32,000 nucleotides of DNA from Pseudobutyrivibrio ruminis (GTDB taxonomy: Bacteria > Bacillota > Clostridia > Lachnospirales > Lachnospiraceae), in the NCBI GenBank assembly GCA_015057305.1, contig SVES01000008.1, positions 27,361-59,360 of the forward strand. The letters are read 5' to 3'. Each line of letters starts with the position of its first letter. Position 1 is the first letter of the stretch. Below are positions 1 through 8,785 of the stretch, one piece after another. A program made the position numbers and the translations under genes. The notes beneath the pieces were generated by a model, which saw only the letters and a list, made by a program, of their open reading frames with translations, did not search any database and was not told where the DNA came from.

Positions 1-996
1 GGTAGCAAAATCAACGTGTTGAACTCCACCGGCGTGGCCGTCGGACTCATGTAAGAAAATTCCAGATTCACGAATTGCTGCCCGGGCTCTGTGTTCATCG
101 TCGTGATTTATGAATTCGCTTCTGGCACGGCCTAAAAAGATAGCGCCAACATCTGATTCCTTTAGAGTATACATTTCCATTTCTCCCTTTTCGTTCATGG
201 ACCATACTCTAAGCTTTTCAAATACAGGATCATTTTCATCAATCCATCCGTTTTCATCCTCATCGAAAACAGCCAGTTCCCCAAAGCCATCCCCCGTCAC
301 AGCACCAAAAAGCTCTGTGCCATCATTAATCTCGCCATCCTCATTTTTATCCAAAGCCAAAAAGCCTGAGCCTGGAGCTAAATGATTTATTTCATCCTTT
401 TTTCCATCACCATCAAGATCGAAATAAAATGACTGGTTTGAAATTCTTGCTGGAGAGTCATCCAGATTTATCACCAATGGGTCTATATAATTGGAAAACC
501 CCTGATTTATACTATGAAATTCCTCTCGAAAGCTTTCAGACATACTGTAGCCATAATCAAATTCCAACCTTCTTCCATCAGCTGTCATTGCCCTGCCCTT
601 TGCCATATAGGAAAGCTCCTGGCTTTCAGTCCTTTCATAGCTTAAGGTAGTTGTGGTTGTAAATCCTGAATTTTCCGCAAACATCTCCTTCATCATGTCG
701 CTAAAGCTTGTGTTTTCTCCAAACACTCTGCTAAGCAAAAAAATACGAAGCAAATATCTCATGGATTGCAATCTGGCTTGCCGATTGGCAGATAAGGATT
801 CTAGCCCTGTGTCTTCTGTGGCTTTTACCTCCTTCACTTCATTTTCATCACTTTGATTTTCTTCACTATTTGGGAGCTTAAACGTGATGTCCCCCAGCTT
901 GATTGCTGGTTCCCGGCTAATTTGAACATTAACCTTTGTAGTAGCTGTGTAGCTACTTTTTGAGGCCATTGATACCTCAGAGTTTTGAATTACCAT
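1..996 (-). CDS. hypothetical protein with three DxDxDG / EF-hand-like Ca-binding loops (3' end runs off the window start)
   Basis: Absent from the ORF track because it is cut by the window edge. Hand translation of the minus strand from ATG 996..994 gives 332 codons with no stop (MVIQNSEVSMASKSSYTATTK...GVQHVDFAT). GGAGGAGG lies at 1004..1011, 7 nt upstream of the ATG. Loops are DLDGDGKKDEIN, DKNEDGEINDGTE and DEDENGWIDEND. Confidence 0.7.
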   Translation of the reverse strand, partial: MVIQNSEVSMASKSSYTATTKVNVQISREPAIKLGDITFKLPNSEENQSDENEVKEVKATEDTGLESLSANRQARLQSMRYLLRIFLLSRVFGENTSFSDMMKEMFAENSGFTTTTTLSYERTESQELSYMAKGRAMTADGRRLEFDYGYSMSESFREEFHSINQGFSNYIDPLVINLDDSPARISNQSFYFDLDGDGKKDEINHLAPGSGFLALDKNEDGEINDGTELFGAVTGDGFGELAVFDEDENGWIDENDPVFEKLRVWSMNEKGEMEMYTLKESDVGAIFLGRARSEFINHDDEHRARAAIRESGIFLHESDGHAGGVQHVDFAT

Positions 997-1075
997 GCTC
1001 TTTCCTCCTCCATAAATAAAGTAACATTTACAAAGGGAAAGTCCGTTTTCCTTTTCACTAGAATAGTATTTGCAA

Positions 1076-1112
1076 AGCAAAAAACAGGGAAGGCCAAATG
1101 ACCTTCCCTGTC
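1076..1112 (-). terminator. rho-independent terminator after the CPBP gene
   Basis: Stem CAGGGAAGG/CCTTCCCTG within 1085..1110. On the minus strand it is followed by a 6-T run (complement of 1079..1084). Confidence 0.75.
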
Positions 1113-1133
1113 TAGTGATTATCGTCCGTGTAA

Positions 1134-2018
1134 TTATATATCGGCAAAGAAATCATCTTCCTTAACAGCTGCTGCACCCTTTTTTAATAAAACAAGGCCT
1201 ATGTAGCTTACGATTAGTGAGCCAAGCAACCATGCGAAGAAAGAAATCAGTGTATTTCCACCTATAGGTAAAAATGCAGCCCCAACTGTGCCAATAAAAT
1301 TAAACACAATATGAATCAGAATGGTGATAATAATATTGTCATATATATGCATTATATATCCAAGTCCTAAGCCCAAAACAAAGGCATAGCAGCTTTGGAT
1401 TGGATTCATATGAAATGCGCCAAACAATATAGCCTGTACGATAATAGCCATATAGTATGGCATTACCTTTTTGGCTGCTGAAAGTGTTAGTCCTCTAAAA
1501 GTTAACTCCTCAACAATTGGACCTAAAATCCAGGTGTATAGGAGTATTAATACTGACACCTCTTCCTCTAGACCAAGGCTATCCATTATCATCTCGTATT
1601 GCTCCCACCAGGTTGGAAAAGCGGATGCTAAAGCACTGGTTAAAAATGTGCTAACATACTGCATTCCTATACAAAATAGAAGTATGCCGCCAATTGTTGC
1701 AGGAACATTTTTAGAAACGCCCTTTAAGCTATAGCTCTTTTCTAGCATAAACATCTTGTTGAAGTAGTTCAGGAACAATACTATTCCAATTACAGAATAT
1801 AGAACATAAATCATTCCATTTAATGAAGTGGAAAAGGCCATATCATATATACTATTAAACAAATCTGTAACTGTTTTTCCCTTAAAGGTGCCCAGTATAT
1901 ATACTACTCCACCCTCCATCACAAAAACGGATGCTAAAAACTGAATAATAAAAGCTAAAACACTTGGTATAAAAATCCAAGCTATATATTTTCCTCTGTT
2001 TGTTTTTTTCTGATTCAT
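1134..2018 (-). CDS. CPBP family intramembrane glutamic endopeptidase (CAAX protease / Abi-like)
   Basis: 294-aa polytopic ORF carrying the three CPBP motifs: EELTFRG, FGAFHM and HIVFNF. AAGGA RBS upstream of ATG 2018. Confidence 0.85.
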   Translation of the reverse strand: MNQKKTNRGKYIAWIFIPSVLAFIIQFLASVFVMEGGVVYILGTFKGKTVTDLFNSIYDMAFSTSLNGMIYVLYSVIGIVLFLNYFNKMFMLEKSYSLKGVSKNVPATIGGILLFCIGMQYVSTFLTSALASAFPTWWEQYEMIMDSLGLEEEVSVLILLYTWILGPIVEELTFRGLTLSAAKKVMPYYMAIIVQAILFGAFHMNPIQSCYAFVLGLGLGYIMHIYDNIIITILIHIVFNFIGTVGAAFLPIGGNTLISFFAWLLGSLIVSYIGLVLLKKGAAAVKEDDFFADI

Positions 2019-2038
2019 GTCCTATCCTTACTAGGCAA

Positions 2039-4495
2039 TTAGTGCAATTCTAGCTTGTCTAAGTGCCAAATATCATCAACATATTCTTGTATGGTTCTAT
2101 CAGATGAGAACTTTCCAACATGAGCAACATTTTCAAGTGCCATCTGTCCCCATTTGAACTTATCCTTGTAGGCTTCTTGAATTTTCTCGTGAGCCTCTAC
2201 ATAGGATGCAAAGTCCTTTAATACAAAATACATATCAGCCTTAGATGTAGACTGTGTATTTAAAAGTGAATTGTAAAGTGGTCTAAAGAGCTCTGGATTG
2301 TCAATGCTGTAGTTGCCGTTGACAAGCTGCTGTAGTACCTTCTGAATACGATAATCGGAATTCATAACATCTACAGGGTTGTAGTCATTGTTTTTCTCAT
2401 GAGCTATAACCTCGTCTGAGCTCATACCAAAAATAAATATATTCTTTCCGCCTAATTCCTGGTACATCTCAACATTGGCACCATCCATTGTTCCAATGGT
2501 GACAGCACCGTTAAGCATGAATTTCATATTACCTGTACCAGAAGCCTCCTTTGAAGCTGTTGAAATCTGCTCTGAAACATCTGCTGCTGCAAAAATCCAC
2601 TCCGCATTGGAAACTCGGTAATCCTCAATGAAAACAACCTTGAGCTTGTTGTCTATAGATTTATCATTGTTGATTACAGCGGCAACATTATTTATAAGCT
2701 TAATAATGAGCTTCGCATTTTCGTATCCAGCAGAAGCCTTAGCCCCAAAAATAAATGTAGTTGGGTAGAAATCCATCTCTGGATTTTCCTTAATCTGATT
2801 GTACAGATACATTACATGAAGAATATTAAGTAGCTGTCTCTTGTACTCATGCAATCTCTTAACCTGCACATCAAATATAGAATTAGGGTCTACATTGATG
2901 CCGTTATGATCCCATATATATTTTGCAAGGCGCTTTTTATTTTCCAGCTTAATTTCCATAAACTCTTGGATTGAGCGCTTGTCATCAATATATCGCTCCA
3001 GCTTTTCCATCTGAGAAAGGTCTGTAATCCAGCCACGACCAATCTTTGAAATCACCCAATCTGAAAGCTTGTAGTTTCCATGCATAAGGAATCTACGCTG
3101 GGTAATACCATTGGTTTTGTTATTAAACTTTTCTGGATACATTTCGTAGAAATCATGGAGAGATACATTCTTCAAAATTTCTGTATGTAAAGCGGCAACA
3201 CCATTTACGCTAAAGCTTGCTGCGATAGCCATATGGGCCATCTTTACCTGCCCATCAGCAAGTATTGCCATACGTGCCACTCTAGCATCATCCCCTGGGA
3301 ATTTAGCTCGAATCTCATCACAGAATCTGCGGTTGATTTCCTCAACAATCATAAATATTCTAGGAAGCAGATTCTTGAAAATATCCTGTGGCCATTTTTC
3401 AAGAGCTTCAGCCATAATTGTATGATTAGTGTAGGCAACGCAGTGAGTTGTAATCTCCCAGGCATCATCCCAACCAAGTCCATGCTCATCCATCAACAGA
3501 CGCATAAGCTCTGCTACTGTAAGAGTAGGATGAGTATCATTCATCTGGAATACAACCTTCTCTGGCAGCCTCTTAATATCATTATGGAAGCGCAGATACT
3601 TGGAAATGGCGCGTTGCAAAGAGGCTGATACGAAGAAATACTGCTGCTTCAAACGCAGCTCCTTGCCCTGTACATGGTTATCATTAGGATACAAAACCTC
3701 TGTAAGATTACGAGCAAGATTCATATCCTCAACTGCCTTATTGTAATCGCCTCGCTCAAATGAATCTAGGCGAAATACCTCCTTTGGCTTGGCATCCCAA
3801 ATCATAAGAGTATTAACCATACCATTATCAAAGCCAGTAACTGGCATATCGTATGGTGTAGCAATTACTGAATTATAACCTTCGTGAATGTATTTGGTAG
3901 TTCCATCTGGCTGTCCTTCATAACGAACCCAGCCACCAAATTTAACCTCGAACTGGTATTCTGGCCGTTCAAGCTCAAATGGATAGCGAGTCTGAAGCCA
4001 ATTATCTGGAACCTCCTCCTGATAGCCATCCACAATCTTTTGCTTAAACATACCATAGTGATATCTAATACCGCAGCCATAAGCTGGATACTGCAAGGTA
4101 GCAAGAGAATCTAAAAAGCATGCAGCAAGACGTCCCAAACCACCATTTCCTAGTGCAGGGTCTGGCTCCTGATCCTCAATAGAATTAATATCAACTCCCA
4201 AATCATTCAAAGCATCCATGACCTCTGTATAGCCACGCATGTTTATCATGTTGTTGCCCAAAAGTCGTCCAATCAAGAACTCCATGGACATATAGTACAC
4301 GCACTTAGGATCCTGTTTATTGAATTCCTTCTGAGTGTTTAGCCAGTTGTCTATGACAACCTCATTTACAACCTCGGAGCAGGCTCTGTACAGCTCCTCC
4401 TCTGTTGCTTCCTCAAATTCCTTTCTAAACATTGTCTTGACGCGGTTCTTTATCTCCCGCTCAATTTCCCTAGTACTTGGCATTTGTCTCTTCAT
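2039..4495 (-). CDS. glgP: glycogen/alpha-glucan phosphorylase
   Basis: 818-aa ORF with the PLP-lysine signature EASGTGNMKFMLNGA and family-wide similarity. AGGAGGGG lies 7 nt upstream of ATG 4495. Confidence 0.97.
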   Translation of the reverse strand: MKRQMPSTREIEREIKNRVKTMFRKEFEEATEEELYRACSEVVNEVVIDNWLNTQKEFNKQDPKCVYYMSMEFLIGRLLGNNMINMRGYTEVMDALNDLGVDINSIEDQEPDPALGNGGLGRLAACFLDSLATLQYPAYGCGIRYHYGMFKQKIVDGYQEEVPDNWLQTRYPFELERPEYQFEVKFGGWVRYEGQPDGTTKYIHEGYNSVIATPYDMPVTGFDNGMVNTLMIWDAKPKEVFRLDSFERGDYNKAVEDMNLARNLTEVLYPNDNHVQGKELRLKQQYFFVSASLQRAISKYLRFHNDIKRLPEKVVFQMNDTHPTLTVAELMRLLMDEHGLGWDDAWEITTHCVAYTNHTIMAEALEKWPQDIFKNLLPRIFMIVEEINRRFCDEIRAKFPGDDARVARMAILADGQVKMAHMAIAASFSVNGVAALHTEILKNVSLHDFYEMYPEKFNNKTNGITQRRFLMHGNYKLSDWVISKIGRGWITDLSQMEKLERYIDDKRSIQEFMEIKLENKKRLAKYIWDHNGINVDPNSIFDVQVKRLHEYKRQLLNILHVMYLYNQIKENPEMDFYPTTFIFGAKASAGYENAKLIIKLINNVAAVINNDKSIDNKLKVVFIEDYRVSNAEWIFAAADVSEQISTASKEASGTGNMKFMLNGAVTIGTMDGANVEMYQELGGKNIFIFGMSSDEVIAHEKNNDYNPVDVMNSDYRIQKVLQQLVNGNYSIDNPELFRPLYNSLLNTQSTSKADMYFVLKDFASYVEAHEKIQEAYKDKFKWGQMALENVAHVGKFSSDRTIQEYVDDIWHLDKLELH

Positions 4496-4508
4496 ATCTC
4501 AACCCCTC

Positions 4509-4717
4509 CTATTTTACGTATATCACATTGTATCCCCGTATAAGCTGTCATTAGTACTTCATGCTCCCGCAAGCCATCTCCCATTGGGTGCAACAGAAAC
4601 TCCCCGCCGGCGTGGGTCCCCTCTGTTGCACCCATGGGGCCCTCTTGCTCGCGCTTGCCATGGTTATGACCAGCTTATACTGTGCTCACTTGTGATTTCC
4701 AACTGATGTATAAATAG
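4509..4717. ncRNA. candidate structured RNA: ~209-nt GC-rich rod-like imperfect hairpin (class unknown)
   Basis: Nested pairings read directly from the sequence: CTATTT 4509-14/AAATAG 4712-17; ATCACA 4522-27/TGTGAT 4691-96; GTATAAGCTG 4538-47/CAGCTTATAC 4671-80; TCAT/ATGA; GCAAGC 4569-74/GCTTGC 4653-58; CCCATTGGGTGCAACAGA 4580-97/TCTGTTGCACCCATGGGG 4622-39. Visibly more GC-rich than its surroundings. No ORF with an RBS. Confidence 0.4.
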
Positions 4718-4753
4718 CCTGTAGTGCACAAGCTCCGCTATACCGTAGCAATA

Positions 4754-4836
4754 GTTCGTAGACATCAAGCTATTATATTACTTTAGCGAGACGTGCTGTC
4801 GAGCGGAGTAATATAATGCTTGTAGTCGTAACGAAC
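4754..4836. repeat. hairpin-repeat family copy A (inverted orientation relative to copies B-D)
   Basis: Outer stem GTTCGTAGAC/GTCGTAACGAAC. Clamp CAAGC 4766-70 / GCTTG 4818-22. AT-rich stem TATTATATTACT/AGTAATATAAT. 24-nt loop. See findings for the alignment with B, C and D. Confidence 0.7.
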
Positions 4837-4864
4837 GAGCCACAGCCTAGTGGCTAGCCACTAC

Positions 4865-7800
4865 CTAACGGCGTGTTACAGCTAGTGTTACGGTTTCGCC
4901 ATTGATGTTCCACTCCTTAACGTGGTCGCCGGCGGTGCCTTCTTCGATGGAATCCGCAAGAACTTCGCCTGCGATAACATCCTTATTCTTAGCGAAAATC
5001 TCATTGGCTTTAGCAGTACCTGCGTATACTACGCTGATGCGGTCCATAACCTCAAAGTCAGCTTCCTTACGCATAGTCTGAATCTTTGAAACGATTTCTC
5101 TTACGAAGCCTTCCTCAAGAAGCTCCTCTGAAAGATTTGTATCAAGAACTACTGTTACGTAATTGTCACCATCTGCTACGAAGCCTTCTGTCTGGGCCAT
5201 AGAGATAAGTAAGTCTTCCTCTGCAAGCTCGATAGATGCATCAACCTCAGGCAATTTTAATACCCCATTTGCCTTAAGTTCTGCATAAGCTGCGTTGCCA
5301 TCAAGTGATGCAAGAGCCTTCTGGATACCGCCAAGGAACTTACCATACTTAGGTCCTACTGTACGAAGCTGTGGCTTGAATGAGTATGATGTGAATGCTG
5401 AAACATCATCTGTGAATGTAGCCTTCTTAACGTTAAGCTCATCCTCAATGATAGATACATACATTTCATCAAGCTCATGCTCAGCCTTGATGTACATCTG
5501 ACCTATTGGCTGTCTATTCTTAATCTGTGCTGTGTTACGGCAAGCACGTCCGTGAACTACAATCTTAAGAAGCTCATCCATGTCTTCCTCAAGCTTCTTG
5601 TCAATGAATGCCTCATTAACAGTTGGGAAGTCGCAAAGGTGGATAGACTCTGGAGCATTCTTATCAACTGAGCGAACCATGTTCTGGTAGATTTCCTCTG
5701 TCATGAAAGGAATCATTGGTGCTGCTGCAAGTGAGATATCCTTAAGGCATGTGTAAAGAGTCATGTAAGCATTAATCTTATCCTGCTCCATTCCCTTAGC
5801 CCAGAATCTGTCACGGCAACGACGAACGTACCAGTTAGACATATCATCTACAAACTCATCAAGAGCACGTGCTGCCTCAGGAATCTTGTATGAGCCAAGA
5901 TTGTCATCAACAGCCTTGATGCTAGAGTTAAGACGAGAAAGAATCCACTTATCCATAACTGCAAGCTTATTAAAATCAAGCTCGTACTTTGTAGGATCAA
6001 ACTCATCAATATTTGCATAAAGGATATAGAAAGCGTATGTATTCCAAAGTGTTCCAAGGAACTTTCTCTGGCCTTCCATAACTGCATTCTCACCAAATCT
6101 CTTTGGAATCCATGGAGCGCTAGATGTGTAGAAATACCATCTAATAGCATCTGCACCCATCTTCTCAAGAGCATCGAATGGGTCTACTGCATTACCCTTA
6201 GACTTAGACATCTTCTGTCCATTCTCATCCTGAACGTGACCAAGAACGATAACGTTCTCATAAGGAGCCTTGTTGAAAAGAAGTGTTGACTCTGCCATAA
6301 GTGAGTAGAACCAACCACGAGTCTGGTCAACAGCCTCAGAAATAAACTTAGCTGGGAACTGCTGCTCAAATACTTCTTTATTTTCGAATGGATAGTGATG
6401 CTGAGCAAATGGCATAGCACCTGAATCGAACCAGCAGTCAATAACCTCTGGTACACGCTTCATAGTACCGCCACACTCAGGACAAGTGCATGTAACCTCA
6501 TCGATGTATGGACGGTGAAGCTCGATTTTTTCAGCCTCAGGTCTGCCTGAAAGCTCTGCAAGCTCCTTGCGGCTACCGATAGAAATCTGCTTACCGCAAT
6601 CAGGACATTCCCAAATGTTAAGTGGAGTTCCCCAGTAACGGTTACGAGAAATACCCCAGTCCTGAACGTTCTCAAGCCAATCGCCAAAACGTCCCTTACC
6701 GATATTCTCTGGAATCCAGTTAACTGTATTGTTATTCTTAATCAGGTCATCCTTAACCTCTGTCATCTTGATAAACCATGATTCTCTAGCGTAGTAGATA
6801 AGTGGAGTGTCGCATCTCCAGCAGTGTGGATATTCGTGCTCGAACTTAGGAGCATCGAAAAGCTTGCCTTCCTTATCAAGGTCCTTAAGGACCTCTGGGT
6901 CTGCCTTCTTAACAAAAAGACCTGCATAAGGAGTCTCCTTAGTCATCTCACCCTTGCCATCTACGAACTGAACGAATGGAAGGTCGTACTTACGGCCAAC
7001 CTTAGCATCGTCCTCACCAAAGGCTGGTGCAATATGTACGATACCTGTACCATCTGACATAGTAACGTATGTGTCACATGTTACGAAGTGAGCCTTCTTG
7101 TGCTGCTTTTCAGCTGCCTCGCCTGCGCAAGCAAAAAGTGGTTCGTACTCCTTGTACTCAAGGTCAGTACCCTTATAGGTTTCAAGTACTTCGTATGGCT
7201 TAACACCTTCTTCTGTAGCAACCTTTGAAAGTACCTTGTCAGCAAGTGCCTCTGCCAGGATGTATGTATATCCATCAGCTGCCTTAACCTTAATATATGT
7301 CTCATCAGGGTTAACGCAAAGTGCAAGGTTTGATGGAAGTGTCCATGGTGTTGTTGTCCATGCAAGGAAGTAAGCATCCTCTCCCTTAATCTTGAAGCGA
7401 ACTACTGCTGAACGCTCCTTTACTGTCTTGTATCCCTGTGCAACCTCCTGTGCTGAAAGTGGAGTACCGCAACGAGGGCAATATGGAACAATCTTGAAGC
7501 CCTTGTATAGGAGCTTCTTGTCCCAGATAGTCTTAAGTGCCCACCACTCAGACTCAATAAAATTATCATCGTATGTGATGTAAGGATTATCCATATCAGC
7601 CCAGAAACCTACTGTTCCTGAGAAATCCTCCCACATACCCTTGTATTTCCAAACAGATTCCTTACATTTTTTAATGAAAGGCTCCATTCCGTATTCTTCA
7701 ATCTGTTCCTTACCATTAAGACCAAGAAGCTTCTCAACCTCAAGCTCAACTGGAAGTCCATGTGTATCCCATCCAGCTTTTCTAGGTACGAATTTGCCCT

Positions 7801-8023
7801 TCATAGTCTGGTATCTAGGAATCATGTCCTTGATGGCACGTGTCTCTACGTGACCAATGTGTGGCTTACCGTTTGCTGTTGGAGGGCCATCGTAAAATGT
7901 GTAAGTCTCTCCCTCTTTTCTTGAATCCATTGACTTCTGGAAGATATCATTCTCCTCCCAGAATTTCAGCACCTGCTTCTCCCTTTCAACGAAGTTCAGG
8001 CTAGCGTCTACTTTGTTGTACAT
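4865..8023 (-). CDS. ileS: isoleucine--tRNA ligase (long form, 1052 aa)
   Basis: Class I aaRS HIGH motif (KPHIGHV) and KMSKS motif (KMSKSKG). Full-length similarity to IleRS. Confidence 0.97.
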   Translation of the reverse strand: MYNKVDASLNFVEREKQVLKFWEENDIFQKSMDSRKEGETYTFYDGPPTANGKPHIGHVETRAIKDMIPRYQTMKGKFVPRKAGWDTHGLPVELEVEKLLGLNGKEQIEEYGMEPFIKKCKESVWKYKGMWEDFSGTVGFWADMDNPYITYDDNFIESEWWALKTIWDKKLLYKGFKIVPYCPRCGTPLSAQEVAQGYKTVKERSAVVRFKIKGEDAYFLAWTTTPWTLPSNLALCVNPDETYIKVKAADGYTYILAEALADKVLSKVATEEGVKPYEVLETYKGTDLEYKEYEPLFACAGEAAEKQHKKAHFVTCDTYVTMSDGTGIVHIAPAFGEDDAKVGRKYDLPFVQFVDGKGEMTKETPYAGLFVKKADPEVLKDLDKEGKLFDAPKFEHEYPHCWRCDTPLIYYARESWFIKMTEVKDDLIKNNNTVNWIPENIGKGRFGDWLENVQDWGISRNRYWGTPLNIWECPDCGKQISIGSRKELAELSGRPEAEKIELHRPYIDEVTCTCPECGGTMKRVPEVIDCWFDSGAMPFAQHHYPFENKEVFEQQFPAKFISEAVDQTRGWFYSLMAESTLLFNKAPYENVIVLGHVQDENGQKMSKSKGNAVDPFDALEKMGADAIRWYFYTSSAPWIPKRFGENAVMEGQRKFLGTLWNTYAFYILYANIDEFDPTKYELDFNKLAVMDKWILSRLNSSIKAVDDNLGSYKIPEAARALDEFVDDMSNWYVRRCRDRFWAKGMEQDKINAYMTLYTCLKDISLAAAPMIPFMTEEIYQNMVRSVDKNAPESIHLCDFPTVNEAFIDKKLEEDMDELLKIVVHGRACRNTAQIKNRQPIGQMYIKAEHELDEMYVSIIEDELNVKKATFTDDVSAFTSYSFKPQLRTVGPKYGKFLGGIQKALASLDGNAAYAELKANGVLKLPEVDASIELAEEDLLISMAQTEGFVADGDNYVTVVLDTNLSEELLEEGFVREIVSKIQTMRKEADFEVMDRISVVYAGTAKANEIFAKNKDVIAGEVLADSIEEGTAGDHVKEWNINGETVTLAVTRR

Positions 8024-8083
8024 ATAAGTAATTCCTTTCTATGAGGATATCCTTTCTCGTCAGATATCCCTTCTCTTACTATT

Positions 8084-8106
8084 AAAAAATGCCCAGTAGG
8101 CACCTT
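8084..8106 (-). terminator. weak terminator after the DUF4190-like gene
   Basis: The minus strand reads GGTGCC-TACTG-GGCATT followed by TTTTT. The stem is only about 6 bp and includes G-U pairs. Confidence 0.35.
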
Positions 8107-8114
8107 TAACCAAT

Positions 8115-8591
8115 TTAAAGTGTATCATCCATATCAATTTCACCAGCATCAAATGGGAAAGCATCTGAATTTTGGTTCAACATAGGATACTCATCTTCTG
8201 TTATCCCATAAAAATCATACAGATATTGGGTTACTTCATCATCATTTGACAATACCATTAGATTATCCAAATTATTGATAATAAAGGCCCAGGCTACGAA
8301 GCCCACTACAATACTAAGTACAGAGCAGATAATACCTGCTATAGCAAAGCCTCTACCTCTTTTTTGCTTAAATACAGCAATAAAAATGATACCTAAAATA
8401 ATTGAGCCCAATGCTCCTAAGAAATTTATACCGGTAAGAAAGAAAATCAAGGATAGCAAACCTACAACAAAGGATGCTACAGCTAACCCTATACTTCCCT
8501 CTTTCTCTGGCTTCTCGTAATGGACATAGGCTGCTTCCTCTGAGCTTGCTTCCTTATAATCCTCATCTTCAAACATGTAATCTTCGTTCAT
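8115..8591 (-). CDS. small membrane protein, DUF4190-like (acidic N- and C-terminal tails, three or four TM segments)
   Basis: 158-aa ORF. Hydrophobic core GLAVASFVVGLLSLIFFL...GIICSVLSIVVGFVAWAFII is typical of DUF4190. GAAGG RBS. Confidence 0.7.
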   Translation of the reverse strand: MNEDYMFEDEDYKEASSEEAAYVHYEKPEKEGSIGLAVASFVVGLLSLIFFLTGINFLGALGSIILGIIFIAVFKQKRGRGFAIAGIICSVLSIVVGFVAWAFIINNLDNLMVLSNDDEVTQYLYDFYGITEDEYPMLNQNSDAFPFDAGEIDMDDTL

Positions 8592-8705
8592 ATAACACCT
8601 TCAAAAAACTAATATTTACCTAATCTTAATTATATTAACTGTTTATGCCCCTTTTATCAAGATATTGACCTAAACAAATATCACCGCTTCAAAAGTTAAT
8701 ATACC

Positions 8706-8743
8706 CAAAAATGCCTCACAGCATTAACTGTGAGGCATTTTTA
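8706..8743 (-). terminator. rho-independent (bidirectional-looking) terminator after the 467-aa gene
   Basis: Stem ATGCCTCACAG/CTGTGAGGCAT at 8711..8738, flanked by an A-run and a T-run. Confidence 0.8.
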
Positions 8744-8785
8744 TAATAAAATTTACACTCAGTAGAATTGTGGGTTCTTCATACG

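Noticed and set aside
110-856. Three plus-strand track ORFs (110..385, 429..650, 653..856)
   Set aside because: They are shadow ORFs of the continuous 332-codon minus-strand CDS (1..996), which has a strong RBS. Their translations are low-complexity S/P/F-rich and they lack RBSs.
3233-3628. Antisense or overlapping track ORFs inside large genes (for example 3233..3628, 5848..6174, 9444..9773, 13461..13790, 23859..24299, 27004..27255, 29373..29723)
   Set aside because: All lie within well-supported CDSs on the other strand or in another frame. They lack RBSs and give low-complexity or hydrophobic nonsense translations.
8024-8114. T-box leader upstream of ileS
   Set aside because: Only about 90 nt separate ileS from the upstream gene. 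They contain a weak terminator and a 7-bp hairpin (GGATATC/GATATCC). There is no room for a T-box and no specifier/T-box sequence visible.
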